DNA of 64,000 nucleotides from Octopus bimaculoides. Taxonomy: Eukaryota. This document shows, piece by piece, positions 11,854 through 25,969 of this stretch; positions within the stretch are counted from its first letter, which is position 1; every line of letters starts with the position of its first letter. The notes under the pieces were generated by a model. That model ran no database searches. It was not told the origin of the DNA and saw nothing but the letters and a program-made list of their open reading frames with translations. The DNA lies in NCBI RefSeq assembly GCF_001194135.2, contig NC_068999.1:1473113-1537112 (forward strand), given 5' to 3'. Made by a program: the position numbers and the translations under genes.

Positions 11854-13569
11854 GTATATGCGTATATAAAAGGCCCAAGAGTATACGCTCGCCTGTGTAT
11901 ATGCATGGATATATGTGCGTCTGTGTGTGTGTGTGTCAGACCGAGTGTTTGTGTGCATATATATACCTTTGCGTGTGTTTGAGAGAGAGAGTGTGTGTAT
12001 AGTTATTAATGTCTGTATATATATATTTATATTTACATCTATACGAATTTATGTATGTATCTATCTACCTATCTACTTATCTATTTATCTACCTACCTAT
12101 CTATCTATAAATAGATAGACAGATATCTTTATGTGTACATATATACATATATGCATATGTCAAAAAATATATGTATATATAAAAAGGAACGATACATATG
12201 CATCCAAATACATATACATATGTTAATACATACATACACACACATCGGCATATGTTTATATAGACACACACACTTGCACGTTCCCACACAGGATAAATGC
12301 ACAGACACACGCATACATATACACAGACACAAACAAGTGTGCGCCCATAATTTTAGGATGATAAATTGTCCGGCTATCGTTATTTATACTGTGTAAACTA
12401 CACTATAATTATCTGGTATTTATATCGACATATAGGAAATGAATATACATCAAGCCGTGTAAATTATAACAAAATGCTGTTCAGTGTTAGACAGGACTTC
12501 ATACATATTTGTTAATACAGAAACACAAAGAACGACACAAAAAAACATATGTACGTGCCTCTTACTCAATCACATATCATTGTGTGTATTTAATTGTTTA
12601 TCAAATTATTTTTCTAACATTTTAATACCGACGTGTATATATCTGCACACTTGCACACACACACATATACATATGTATACACACATGTATACATGAATAC
12701 ATATATGCATACATACATATTAATGGCAAACAAGAAGAATGCAGAGTGGAAGCCAGTTTACAAATGTTTCATCCTAATACAATACTAAATTTGTATGTTG
12801 GTCTGATAGTGAAAATCCGTGGATGAGCATAATACGATAAAAACCAGGGTTACATACACCAACCAAATTTTAATACACACATACATACATATTATACACA
12901 CACACATAAAAGAACACCAACGTGTGGAAGTGTTCATGCGTATACACGTTCCATATATACTTGCTATGTGTCTATCGCTGGTTCCTTCCTCTCTTTCACG
13001 GAAAATGAACGTGATCATAACAAACTTCCCAATATAAGGAAATTGCAACATGTCAGCTACAACTGCGAGAGACCTTCATTTCACAAAGGACGTCGCATGA
13101 TGCAATCGTTATCGCTGGTCCAGAAGCAAAAGGAAACCATTGTACGTAAGCCCCTCCCTTGATTCGGAGGCGCATACAAACGAAATCTTACTAATATTAA
13201 AGAGAAATCTCTAATACGTAAACATTCTATGATACTTCTGAATTTGTGTTGATATAACTGAATGTTCTGAGGCAGGGGAATAAAATTAATAAAATTGTCT
13301 CTATCATTGTAACTACATGTGACGTTTTCTTCTTTATGTCTCCACATTTTTCAGGGTTTAAATAAAGGTTATTGGTTGGATAGCACATAAGAATTAATTG
13401 GATATCTAACCGAAGGCATCCGAGATAGAGAAATATGACGTGAGATAATGTGGAAATATTAGTTTGTTTATGCTTATATACATACATACTCGTATACCTA
13501 CATATATATACATACATATATACAGAGGAAGAGGAAGGGAGAGAGATAGAGATAGAGACGGCATGTCAA

Positions 13570-13570
<1 letters not shown>

Positions 13571-13633
<63 letters not shown>

Positions 13634-14096
13634 CTGCACTTCAATTTGAATTTCATTTTAAAGGGTTCGACGAAATCTATGTTGTGTATTAATCTTATAA
13701 GTCGATTGCTGTATGCGATCTATATTTTATCTGTGCATTCTCAGATGTAATGCAAGGAATTTTGCGAGCTTTATCAGTACCTGCAGCTCCTCTCATCGAT
13801 GGATTAAGATATTTAGGGTGAGTAGCATTCTATAGAAAAGCGAATTGTAAAGCAGAGCGAAATAGATATATACACCCATCTTAAATTTCGTAGGTGAACT
13901 TGGATCAATTTCTGACTTGTGTCAGTAAAAAGGAGAGTTCTCATAAATGCCATTGTTCAACATCCAACGTATCTCCGAGTCTGACTGTAAACCACAGACC
14001 ATTGCATACAAACACATAGATATACATGTATAAATAATTATATCTATAAGTATGTATAAATGCATGTATATATATTTTAGTGTATATTTATATAGG

Positions 14097-14172
<76 letters not shown>
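13571..14172. repeat. Two (GATA)n microsatellites (about 13571-13630 and 14095-14172)
   Basis: Direct reading of the sequence. Confidence 0.95.
13745..13817 (+). CDS. Candidate internal coding exon of an unidentified gene (73 nt)
   Basis: Acceptor ttttatctgtgcattctcag, donor tagg|gtgagt. Two frames are open: xVMQGILRALSVPAAPLIDGLRYLG (phase 1 to 2) and xCNARNFASFISTCSSSHRWIKIFR (phase 2 to 0). No family recognised. Confidence 0.4.
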
Positions 14173-15214
14173 CATATATAGATACACATATACATACTGA
14201 GTGTTTGTAATATACTATAAAAAAATTATAATAAATAATAAAAAATCATATCACATATATATATATATATACATATGAATAGTATAATAGTATGTGTACA
14301 TATATATATTTATATATGGATATATATTATAGGTGTGTGTGCGTTTGTGTGTGAGTGTACGCATACAAATGCACACAAGTTTGTCAGCTGTAAATTGAAC
14401 ATGATCGATGTTACACCTGGTATATTTATTATGGTGTCTGTATAATACCCAGCATCATTCGATTATTTCTCTTGTTCTTTCCCTCTCTCTCTCTTTCACT
14501 CTCTCCCTCGTATTCTATCACTTACCATTGATATTCTTAACTTAAACCTCCCCGATTTACTTTATTATCTTCTTTAAATATCTATGCAAGTCCATTCTTC
14601 TTTATATTATATCTTACTATATAATATTTCCTCAAACGTTACTCCGTACTCCATTTATATTTTTGTCAGTTGTAATTCCACCATCTTGTTTCTCTCCTTT
14701 TCATTTTAATGTTACCCTCCGCCAAAACACTTGTCATTTTCGTAACTGATTTTCCCCATCTTTATGATCAGTTTTTATTACATTTTACATATTTTCTTTT
14801 ATATTCATCTCACATTCCTTCTACATTTAACTTACTATTTTCCCTGATTAATATTTATGTTTTTCCTCCAATTGGCATTTGTATTTTGGCAAATGGCGTA
14901 TATTTCAATTTTTGTAATTTTATTTTTCTATAACTATGTACATCATATATTTCTCTTTATCTCTTTCTATCTCTCTATTTTTATTTTGTCTCTCCATGTG
15001 TGTGTGTGTGTGTGTGCGTGCCTACATTCCATATGTCCTTATCGTGTTTTGTATGTGCTGGTTCTTTACTTTTCACCTTCATTCAGTTAACACAGCAAAA
15101 CACATAGATAAAAGCGGACTCGCATGTTTCAACCTGCTCCAACCCCTTCTCCCACTCCTTCACTCCTATCCCTCGCACACCATAACCGTTGTTCTCTCTC
15201 TCATAATAAATTGA

Positions 15215-15282
<68 letters not shown>

Positions 15283-15482
15283 ATGTGGACATATATATTC
15301 ACATACAGACATACTCACACATATACATATATGTATGTATGTGTGGTTTTGGCAGGTTCACAGTATGCCCCAAATCATTGAGAGAGAAAAGTGTAAACGA
15401 ACCGCAGTTTACTAAGAAGCTTGAAAATAATACCAACGTTTAACATCATATGAAATTACATGCATTTCACTTCACATCTCTC

Positions 15483-15523
<41 letters not shown>

Positions 15524-15599
15524 CCATTTAAATATTATATATATGATATAGGCATGTGCTTTTGTCTATGTGCTTGTGCTGGTAAATTTCACTTTTATA

Positions 15600-16300
15600 T
15601 TGTTCAGTATAAATATTTTCCATACAGTGTCCCTCAGGGTTCTGTACTGGTTCCATTGTTCTTTAACATTAACAAAAATAATCAACAGGAATTTGTTAAT
15701 AGTGAATGTTTTCTCTTGGTCGATTACGTATGCATAGCGTGACAAACTTGAGCAAAACAAGTCCGTATGCCGTTTTTAAGAACCAACGTTCTTACTTTAT
15801 GAGACTGAAACATAATTATGAATCCTGCAAAAACAGAATTTTGTGCATTTCATCTAAGAAACGTGGAAACACGTAGCAAGTTTTATATCATTTTAACGGG
15901 AATAAAACTGGAACGCAGCCAGAATTACAAACATTTTTCTTATGTTTCTTCACAGCAGAATAACATTTGTGAACACTTAAATGTTCTAACATCGAAATTG
16001 AACGAATGGAATTAAAATCAATCACAATTCAAGAAATTATCAGAAAGATTGGAAAACACTCACAATAATAGCCTTGGCACTATTGCTGTTTTGATGTCGA
16101 ATGTGCGTGTCCGCTTAGGGTTGGGATCTCCATTACAAGACCTTTGATTGCTATTCACAAACAGAATTTGTTGTAGATAAGAGTTTGTTTCCGGTGCACC
16201 ATCATCAATCATCCAAGCCTATTGAGTGAGACATTTCGCCTATGAGGAGAAATATCACCCAAAAAGCAGTGAAGCATAAGCAGCTGTTTGAAGAAAGTTA
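15600..16300 (+). mobile_element. Degenerate LINE reverse transcriptase remnant, probably I-group (Ingi/Vingi-like)
   Basis: SVPQGSVLVPLFFNI (RT PQG motif), LVDYVCI (degraded YADD), NPAKTEFCAFHLRN, then frameshifted TLTIIALAL..VECACPL (compare LRTTALALxYSxAEYACPVW). Clade assignment is from recalled motifs. Confidence 0.82.
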
Positions 16301-16904
16301 TTTTCAAAATATAGGAAGAACACAACAATAAAAAACAATTTCGTTGGTGTTTTTATTCATATTGGCTTCTTCTATGGAACTGCTGCTTTCTGGAACTCAC
16401 GGCCATCGTTTTGTTTTTAACTAAACTATAGTATTCAGCTCATTAAGCATTGCATCATTGGACATCTTTCGAATTTGTAGACACCACCACTTTTTCTTGT
16501 AAAAAATAGGGGTGACTGTAATAAACGTTCAGGGAGTATGGACTTTCATCAAGCATGTCTATTTAGATTCGAGAACAGCCGAGAGAGACAAGGGCTTCTG
16601 CCCGTTAAAGACACAGCGATCTACGATCCGTGGATTGCTTTGCTTTGCGCCCCATCGAGGTTTCTCGTCTCTCAGTAAGACTGTATCATCCATGTTGTGT
16701 TCACATATTTTCTAGATTCTCAATAGTTTTATCTCATTTCATCTCCTTTATCTTCCTCTTTCCGCGTTCCTTAATCTTTTACGTAAGCCAACGCAGAAAT
16801 TTTAAGCTCTCCTTGCAATGTCTCCCTCACTGGTGTCCCTGTGGCAAATAAAAGAAATCATCTTCCTTCATCTTCTTATCATTATTCTTCTTACTGTTGT
16901 TGAT

Positions 16905-16978
16905 GTTGTTTTAGTTGTCGTCGTTGTACAGTTGCTATTATTAGTTTTGATGATGATAACGATGATGATGATGATGAC

Positions 16979-17022
<44 letters not shown>

Positions 17023-17097
17023 CGATGATGACGATGATGATGACGACGATGATGATGATGATCATCATCATCATCATCATCATCAGCATCATGATAA
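16905..17097. repeat. (GAT)n/(GAC)n followed by (CAT)n
   Basis: Direct reading; the tract switches from (GAT)n to its reverse complement (ATC/CAT)n at about 17060. Confidence 0.95.
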
Positions 17098-17601
17098 TGG
17101 ATTCAGTTGTCTTTGATATCTGAAAAGCTAACCATTATTCAGAGGGATTCTAACCCCGATGTTATTTCCGAATCCCTGCATGATGTAAAATTGATGCGTT
17201 GCCTGCCTATCTCTCTCTCAATGGATTCTTGCCTTGTAGCTATTCCATTGATTACATGACAAGAAGAATTTCTCTGATCTCCAAGTCAGCGGTATCCAGT
17301 TGTGTAGCTTTCATGAAAACATGTCTTCTTCAAAAATGTTTAATCAAATGTTTTATGGCACTTAAAATTAAAAGGAACAACTGCAAGTTCATGCATCTCG
17401 TCTTAAGCAAGTATTTCATCTGCAACTATCTCTCATGTTGGTATTATGACATCATTGAATCCTTTGTGTTATATCTCCAAGCGATAATAACAATTAAAAA
17501 GTCATTTGTACAGAGATCTTATATATAAACTCATTAAATGCATTGGATTGTAAAAATATAATTACAAGCATATCTTCCAGTTGTTCCCATGAATTAGAAA
17601 T

Positions 17602-17641
<40 letters not shown>

Positions 17642-18159
17642 TGTATATGTCTGTTAGATTATATTCTAGTCACAGAGATACCTACAAACACACAGACAAA
17701 TACAAAGCGCACATTTTGATATTTTTCGTTAAATTTTATTCTTTACAAGCACCAAACAGATCTGTCCATGGACGGTAGCAGTGTCGCAGAAATTCCTGTG
17801 AGAGAAAAGGTTGCCAGATTGTCGTTTCAGAGAGAATAAGAAAGAGAAGAAAAGGGATATTTAGGGAGAATGGAATCACTTCCAAGATTTCAGTAAATAT
17901 ATTAAAGACATAAAAATGTGTTGGAGGAATTTGTACTCAGTGAACGAGGAAATATACTCGTAGTGCTTCAAAGACAGGAGAATATAAAGAGATGCATAAA
18001 ACTTCTGTGAGCAGTTGGGTTTGCTTGTTTTCAGGTTCTGTGTGCGTTTTAATGCGTAGGGGCAGCATTTTACATACATATATACGCACCTGGACTCACG
18101 AACACATGAAAGTATAAACACATATATAAACAGAAAACAGGGATGCAAACAGATTCAAA

Positions 18160-18510
18160 ATTCTTCCAAGGCTGGGGCCATGAGCCATACACCCACTACA
18201 CATTTTAGGATCAAAACACATGAATACACTTCAACACAACTTCTCTTGATCAACAGGTCATGTTCAATTTAACATTATCATAAAACAAACCAAAGAAACA
18301 GGTCCCACCACTTTTAAACGAAACCTGAACAAATTTCTTCAGGCGATACCAGATAAGCAACCTGTACTTGAGTACAACTCAGTCATCGTCTCCCTATGTG
18401 AATGGGCCATGATACAACAAAATTTTACTAGGAGATTACATAACATTTCCTATCAGGTGGTGCCATTAAGTTAACCATAGCCTGGGCCAATCTTTAGCTG
18501 AATCGTATCT
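18160..18510 (+). mobile_element. CR1-group LINE 3' end (ORF2 C-terminus and 3' UTR)
   Basis: Frame from 18256: GHVQFNIIIKQTKETGPTTFKRNLNKFLQAIPDKQPVLEYNS. The G..LFN....FK..LDKFL..IPD.P..PGY pattern is typical of the end of CR1/L2-group ORF2. Confidence 0.75.
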
Positions 18511-19191
18511 AATGTATATATGTTATATGTACTCCAGCACATATGTATCTACACTTCTGTTAAAGGAAGAGCAATATTGTAACAAACATAAACACCTCCA
18601 TTATTCGAACGTAGACTACAGAAGCAGTGTCACATTTTGAGAAAAATCTTGCATATATTAATTGCTTCTCATTCAAATTGAAAATATAATGTGCGTGTAA
18701 GCTAGTTGGTGAGCAAATGTATGTATGTATGTATGTATGTATGTATCTATGTATGTATACATGTAATTGTGTATGTATGTACATATATGTGTGTATGAAT
18801 TCATTGGCTTGTCTGTCGATGTTACATGTTTATACAACATGAAATGCACATATGTATTGTCTATGTATGTATATACGTATGCATTTACGTATGCATACAT
18901 ACGCATGTGTGTCCGCGCGTGTGTATACATGCGCGCACGTGTGTGCGTAGACTTTGTGTATGTATACATATTCATGTATCAGAAAGGCCACGTGAAAAAG
19001 AACTACTTGGTAATAATTAAATCGTTGGCAATTAACAGCAGATGTGATTAAGCTTGTATATGACAATCTCACATAAATTGAAATCTTGCTCAAACATGCA
19101 ATATTCTGTGAAAGTAACGACATTCTAAGTAAAAGCAGCTAGAATTCCACACCATATACATGCTAATAGGTATATACATAAAAAGGGATGC

Positions 19192-19250
<59 letters not shown>

Positions 19251-19506
19251 CATATAACATTATATATATGTATTAATGCACGCACACACACACACATACA
19301 CACATACACACATATATATAGTGTGTGTGTGTGTATAGTGTGAAAGAGAAAGAGATGAGCGCAAATTTATTCGCATATATATTGGTATTATAGACACAGA
19401 CACACACACACACACATACATATATATATATGCACACACGTGATTAGCTATTTATATACATATATCATATGTAGAAAGACACACAGAGATCTGCTTATAT
19501 ATAATT

Positions 19507-19572
<66 letters not shown>

Positions 19573-19879
19573 GGGGGGGATGTTTGTATGTATGTGTGGG
19601 TGTTTGTGATTGTGCATGCGTATGTATGTGTATGCATAAGCGTATTGTTTTTATAACCATACATATATATATATATATATGCGTCAGTCCAGTTATGTAA
19701 AAGCTGGTATGTCTGGAATTAATGCTATGTTTTCCACCTGCTGGCATTGCAAATATGTGCAGTTTTAACACATAAAACAAGTGTATGTCTATATGCATTT
19801 ACAGTCATGTGATTTTCATAAAAATGCAGGCATATATAAACACATACATACGCACCTCTCTCTCTCATTCTCTCTCTGT

Positions 19880-19924
<45 letters not shown>

Positions 19925-20297
19925 AATACAGCGAGATATTGGATATTTAGTACTTCTTGACTTACCGATTAACGTTTTGCTGAAGATTTTCAAAGAGTAC
20001 ATTGTCAGTTCAATAAAGTGCTGCTGTTCCCAGCCCACTTCATATGTTTTCGGTATCAACTTACCAAAAATGGAATACTTCAGTTGCAGTCTTGGAGACA
20101 AATATACTGGTTCGATCCTTTATATGTGTGTGTGTGCGCGCGCGCGCGTTTATTACATTTGTCGAGAAGAAGCAAAGGAAGTAAATAGATTTAAAGCACT
20201 TGGGAAAAGGTTAATATCGATGTTTTCTTAGGTGTATATACGTATGTGTTTCCCTCTCTACCTTTCCCAGTAGGTGTATGCGTTTCCCCCACACCTT

Positions 20298-20414
<117 letters not shown>

Positions 20415-21024
20415 CTTCTCTTTTGTCTCACTATATACATATATATTTGTCGACACATAATTAAATGGATAGATAGATAGATATTCACAGACGCTCATAT
20501 ATATGTGTGTATATATATATGCTATACAAATAATTGTGACGCATCAATGGTTGCAGATGTGCCTCGTCAAGTGAATTGTCAAGAGGTATTCCGCTCTTTC
20601 CCTTTCGTTTCGCTTATTTTGGTAGCTGTGTGTAACTGTTCTCACACAGGAGAAAGCTAAAGATAAAAAGAATAATCACTTGAAGAATGATTTGTACAGC
20701 ATTTCACCCTCGAGGGGCCTATGCAGGATGGGTCGAAACAATCGAAGTGATTATAAAAAATCTCGTGAATTCCATGGTCTTTCTCTTTATCTCATGTCTT
20801 ACAAACTCTACGACCACAAATGTAATTCCTGAAATAATTATAGTAGCACTTATACTTATTTCCATACAGATGATGACGTCAGGTAACCGAATACAGTGAA
20901 GGGGCTTTGAATGCCATTCTAAAAGTTGTATAGTCACATTTAAAATTCTTACTTATGTAAAAATTGTTAATTATGTATGCATATATGTATTTATGTTTGT
21001 GCACATACATATGACTGTTAATTC

Positions 21025-21066
<42 letters not shown>

Positions 21067-21089
21067 GAGTCGTATTTCCAGTTCAAACA

Positions 21090-21268
21090 TTAACTCGCCG
21101 GGCGAAATGCTTACCTATATTTCGTCTGCCGCTACGTTCTGAGTTCAAATTCCGCCGAAGTCGACTTTGCCTTTCATCCTTTCGCGGTCGATAAATTAAG
21201 TACCAGTTGCATCTAATCGACTGGAACCCTCCCCCAAAATTTTGTGTCATTTGCCTAGAGTAGAAAAG
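21090..21268 (+). mobile_element. SINE family A, 5'-truncated
   Basis: cgccgggcgaaatgcttacc...gttctgagttcaaattccgccgaagtcgactttgcctttcatcctttcgcggtcgataaattaagtaccag...gcctagagtagaaaagaa. Confidence 0.93.
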
Positions 21269-22210
21269 AATTTTCTCTCTTGTTGAAATTATGTTGAATC
21301 ATCTGAGAGAAATATGAGTGCATTGTGTAGAAAAGCAAAGCACGAAGGCGAGTATTGCTGCGTTTCTAAGAACAATTTTGGTGTTCCTTACAAGTTTTCC
21401 ATTTGTTTTTGGCGATACTGTTCTGTAAAATCTTGTTAAATTAACATCGAAGCCACACTTTGTATATCAGAAAGGGGTGTGTACTGCAGCTTTCAGAGCA
21501 ATTTTTTTTTTTTTTTACAAGTTCTCCTTTTGTTCTTGGCGTTGTTGTCTTTAAGATATCGTTAATGTAACTTCAAGACAACACGTTGTATATTCTGCCA
21601 AACAATCTTGTAGACAGACATTTTCACTCCAAGGTCAGATATTTTTGTCTAACATTCAATGGCGAAACTTTCAAAAGTAATACGATTGGACAATATTTTA
21701 TCTTATCTTTATTACTGTCCTTAATACTTAAATGTATTTTCTTCTCTTTGATCTTCACACTCATTACATTCTGCTGTTTCCCGGACAATACTTTCTTTCC
21801 TTCCGTTAATTTTCTTTATATGTTTTTTTTCCCCTCTGTTCTTCGTTTCTCCCCCCCCCCTCTTCCCCTATTTTTCATCTTCTTCCGTATCTTTTTTATT
21901 TCCATCGTTTTGCTTTTTCCTTTCATATTGCTTTTCTTTGTTCTTGTCAGTCACTTATCTTATTACATCTACCTACCGCTATGAGGTCTACCTACTTATG
22001 GTAATTACTTGAAGCCGAACGAAGAAAGTCCTCCTTCAAAGCTAAAGTGTTCTTGGTATCGATTCAGCGACTTTGATGGACAGTAGATTCGAAATGTGGC
22101 TCTTTCGTCTACACTCTCCACGTACTGCTCGCCCAAGCCGCCATCACTCCAGTAACCGTGAAAATGCATACATACATATAGATATGTGTATGTGAGTGTG
22201 TATGTGTGTG

Positions 22211-22242
<32 letters not shown>

Positions 22243-22510
22243 TGTATGTATGTATGTATGTATGCATGTATAGACGCGTTTCAAAGATGAACTCGTGCAA
22301 CAAATGATTTGATCTTAGACCTCGTGCTGAAAATACGGCCATTACTTCCTGGAAAAAACAAACGCGTCAGTGACCAGGCTGTAGATAATGTGACCAAAAT
22401 TTTGACACTGAATAATAAATGATTGACTGATGTTAACAGGTTTTGTATGTTTCTAAATATGCAGACTGTGTTGTCTATACTCTAATGAGAGACACAGAGC
22501 GAGAGGGAGG

Positions 22511-22546
<36 letters not shown>

Positions 22547-23707
22547 AAAGAGAGCGTTAATTGAAAATATTTTCTACGCATCGTTGTATCCTGTGGAATT
22601 TTCCGTGAGATTTATTCTGTTGTATGTGTTTCTCTTCTATATATCTAATATTTATCGTGTCACCATTATAAGAGCTAATTTCAGTACCTCAAAATTATGT
22701 AAAAGTATTATAATCCATTCACATGTATTACGTATACATTCACACTTTATGCATAAATCAAAAGTGAGAGAAAAAGAGAAAGAGTGAGAAACAGAGAGAA
22801 AGAGCAACAGAGTAGATGCGGAAGAGACAGCTATAGCAAGTGCAAGAAAAATACATATATTGATAAATAGGGTCAGATACGTAGACAAATATTTTTCATA
22901 AAAATCACGAAACGATACAAAACTGGACAAACCAAAAAGCAAAAATGTCTAATTGATCGGTAAACAAACGGACTACGTTTTGTGGGAAAATTGATTTTCG
23001 CCATTTTTGATTTCATTGAAATTTTTACTTGTTGACCGATAGTCACTTCAAACAGCTATTGGTCTTCAAGAAGCAAACAATGTCATCACAAGAATTTAAT
23101 GGTCTTTGTCAAATGATTCTAAGGACAATTCGTTTTATATATTCTGATATTTTGTGGTTTTTTTTCCTCTGTCTGGTTTGATTTACTTATTTATTTATTT
23201 GGTTGTATTTTCAAAATTTTATTCATCTGCTTTTTTCTTTCTTTTTTTTCTCTACTCTTTTTATCACTTGGCGCCATAAACTAGTAATTTATTCCCTCTA
23301 TCTCCTGGAGATAAATGAGGGAAGCTTTCAATTTGTTATTCAATATTTTGCTATTCTAGAATCTTCCTTCACTCTTCATTGGTGAATTATTCAAATGTTT
23401 CGTCCATTGGTACATTTTTTCATTTTTTCATTTCTATATTGTTTTTGTTGTTGGTTTTCATAGATTTTTTTTTTTTCGTCGACAGTAATCTTTTTGTAGT
23501 TCCTCAGAAATTGCTATCAATGTTACTGTTGTTGCTGTTTCTTGTCTGCAAATTCTTTAAATTCTTTACATTTGTCGTTTATGATCTTTTTGTTATATTT
23601 ATTCATTGTTGTTGAGGTTTCTCGATATCTTTATTGTTGTTATTGAAGATGACAGCTTTTTTTTTATTATTGTATTCCTTATATCGGTATATCCCGGCTA
23701 CAATCAA

Positions 23708-23810
23708 AGTCGATTGTATTGACCACAGACTGATGACTGGTATTTATGCTTTATTGACCCAAGAGGGATAAAAGGCAAAATTTACAAGGGCAGTATTTGA
23801 ACTCCGAAAA
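23708..23810 (-). mobile_element. SINE family A fragment, diverged
   Basis: agtcgattgtattgacc...ctggtattt...gataaaaggcaaaattt...atttgaactc is the reverse complement of the central domain. Confidence 0.7.
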
Positions 23811-23960
23811 TCGAAGTTTCGAACAATGTGAAGGAAAGAAAGGCGGAAAAAAAAGAAAATCAACGTTGTCTGGTCGTCTGCAATTTTAGTGAGGTGAAAA
23901 GCTTACTTTTAACAATTCCCCTAAAAGTATTCGAGTCAATGTTGCAATAAACACATGTCG

Positions 23961-24320
23961 ATATTATTGACATTAATGGCAAGTGCCACGTCAAGTAAAT
24001 TCACACATGTGTATTTAGCGGCCCGGTTTCGATTCTCAGTTGATAGCAATAAAACCCATTTTAGTGTCAACATCAGTTATCGTTCTCTTCTAAATAATGC
24101 GAAGAAGTGGGTAGAATATTGACCCCGTCGGAGCTAGCAGAATTGTTTCTGGCTTTGTGCTAAAATTTTAAATCAATATTATTGACATTAATGGCAAATA
24201 TCACAACCATAACATTTTTTACAAGTCTATTTAGCGATCTGGTTTCGATTCTCACTTGAGAGCAATCAATTCCATTTTAATGTCAACATTAGATATCGTT
24301 TCCTCTCAAATAGTACGAAT
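23961..24320. repeat. Two diverged direct repeats (period 215 bp), each with an internal inverted repeat
   Basis: atattattgacattaatggca at 23961 and 24176; tatttagcg..c(c/t)ggtttcgattctca and ccatttta(g/a)tgtcaaca occur in both units. Confidence 0.85.
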
Positions 24321-24962
24321 ACGATAAATTATAGATCCTGAGGTAAATGGTTATGGCCTTGCATTACCAACAATTTGTTTAAGGCATGTTTTATCTAACC
24401 TTCGTTGTACTACCCTTGTCTTGTTGAATAGCCACGGGGTAGTAAATTAATATCCATGGCAACAGTTTGTATTGAATACCTGTGTTACTTTAATGGTTGT
24501 TGTTCTTGTTCTTGCGATATAAAAATAAACACCGGCTCAGCTGTGATCGTGCAGCTGTGATCCGCATTTGTCAAAGATGTTACAGACCCCTTTATATGGC
24601 TTCTGTTGGAACTCTTGCGATATGAGTGCAATGTTCAATGATATTTCTATCCTTTCCATATCACAACATGACGGCCCAGACGCCCCACCCCCACCCTCAA
24701 CCCCTGTTTAAGACAAAGACCCCCGTAGTAATGCAATAAGTTTCGCATCTAGGTATAACTCTCTGCAGAGGGAATATAGCAACTTTACAAAATATAAAAA
24801 TAATTTGGCCAACACGTAATATATATTGTGACTATTTGCCAAATTTATAAATATATGTAAGCATATATGTATGTGGGTGTGTGATTTTGTGTGTGTTTGT
24901 GTGTGTTTGTGAGTGCGTATGCATGTAAATATACATACTTATGTACACAATTCATACGAATA

Positions 24963-25007
<45 letters not shown>

Positions 25008-25917
25008 NNNNNNNNNNNNNNNNNNNNNNNNNNNNNNNNNNNNNNNNNNNNNNNNNNNNNNNNNNNNNNNNNNNNNNNNNNNNNNNNNNNNNNNNNNNNN
25101 NNNNNNNNNNNNNNNNNNNNNNNNNNNNNNNNNNNNNNNNNNNNNNNNNNNNNNNNNNNNNNNNNNNNNNNNNNNNNNNNNNNNNNNNNNNNNNNNNNNN
25201 NNNNNNNNNNNNNNNNNNNNNNNNNNNNNNNNNNNNNNNNNNNNNNNNAGTGTGTGAGTGTGTGTATATGTATGTATATATATGTAGCTCTCACTCTCTT
25301 TTCATGCGTATATATGTGTGTGTATGTGTAGCTGTACGCGCGTACCTATGTGCGTGTGTGTATCCATGTATATAAACACTCACTGTGTAAGAAGAGTCTC
25401 AGTCTATAGACCTATATGTACGTATATAAACGAGTGTGTGGTTCTGAGCGTGGGATTATGTATACGTATATATATGTATGTGTATGCGTGTGAGTGTACA
25501 ATTTGCGTGCAAACGTCTCCGTTGTCAATTAAATCTATATTAATATCTAAACAGTAAATGTTCCAAGAGTATCTTTAGCAATATTTTCTCGTGTACACAA
25601 CAATGCATGAGTAATTATAGCATAAAATAGGAAGACGAAAACTTGGTAGTGAAAATTCTGTGTGCTTTAGTGTGTGCGAGGGGCCGCCTGTATATGTGTT
25701 GTTAGTTATGTGTAGAGGGAGGGGAAAAGGGGAGGAGCGAGAGTGAGTGAAAGAGAGAAGGAGAAACAGAGAAAGAAAGACAAGAATGAGCGATAAATAA
25801 TTTTTTGAAACAGAGCTTTTGATACTTAATATACATACATATAAATATACAAGCACACTCACACACACGCAGAAACAAACACACTCTCACACACATACAC
25901 ACTCACACACATACATG

Positions 25918-25969
<52 letters not shown>

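Noticed and set aside
20700-20752. 7-bp stem followed by GAAAC, resembling a hammerhead; similar partial matches at 9109, 46548-46580 and 62350-62375
   Set aside because: The CUGANGA core or helices are missing; chance level.
24538-24562. Duplicated CAGCTGTGATC (two E-boxes, 14-bp period)
   Set aside because: Short slippage duplication with no other regulatory support.
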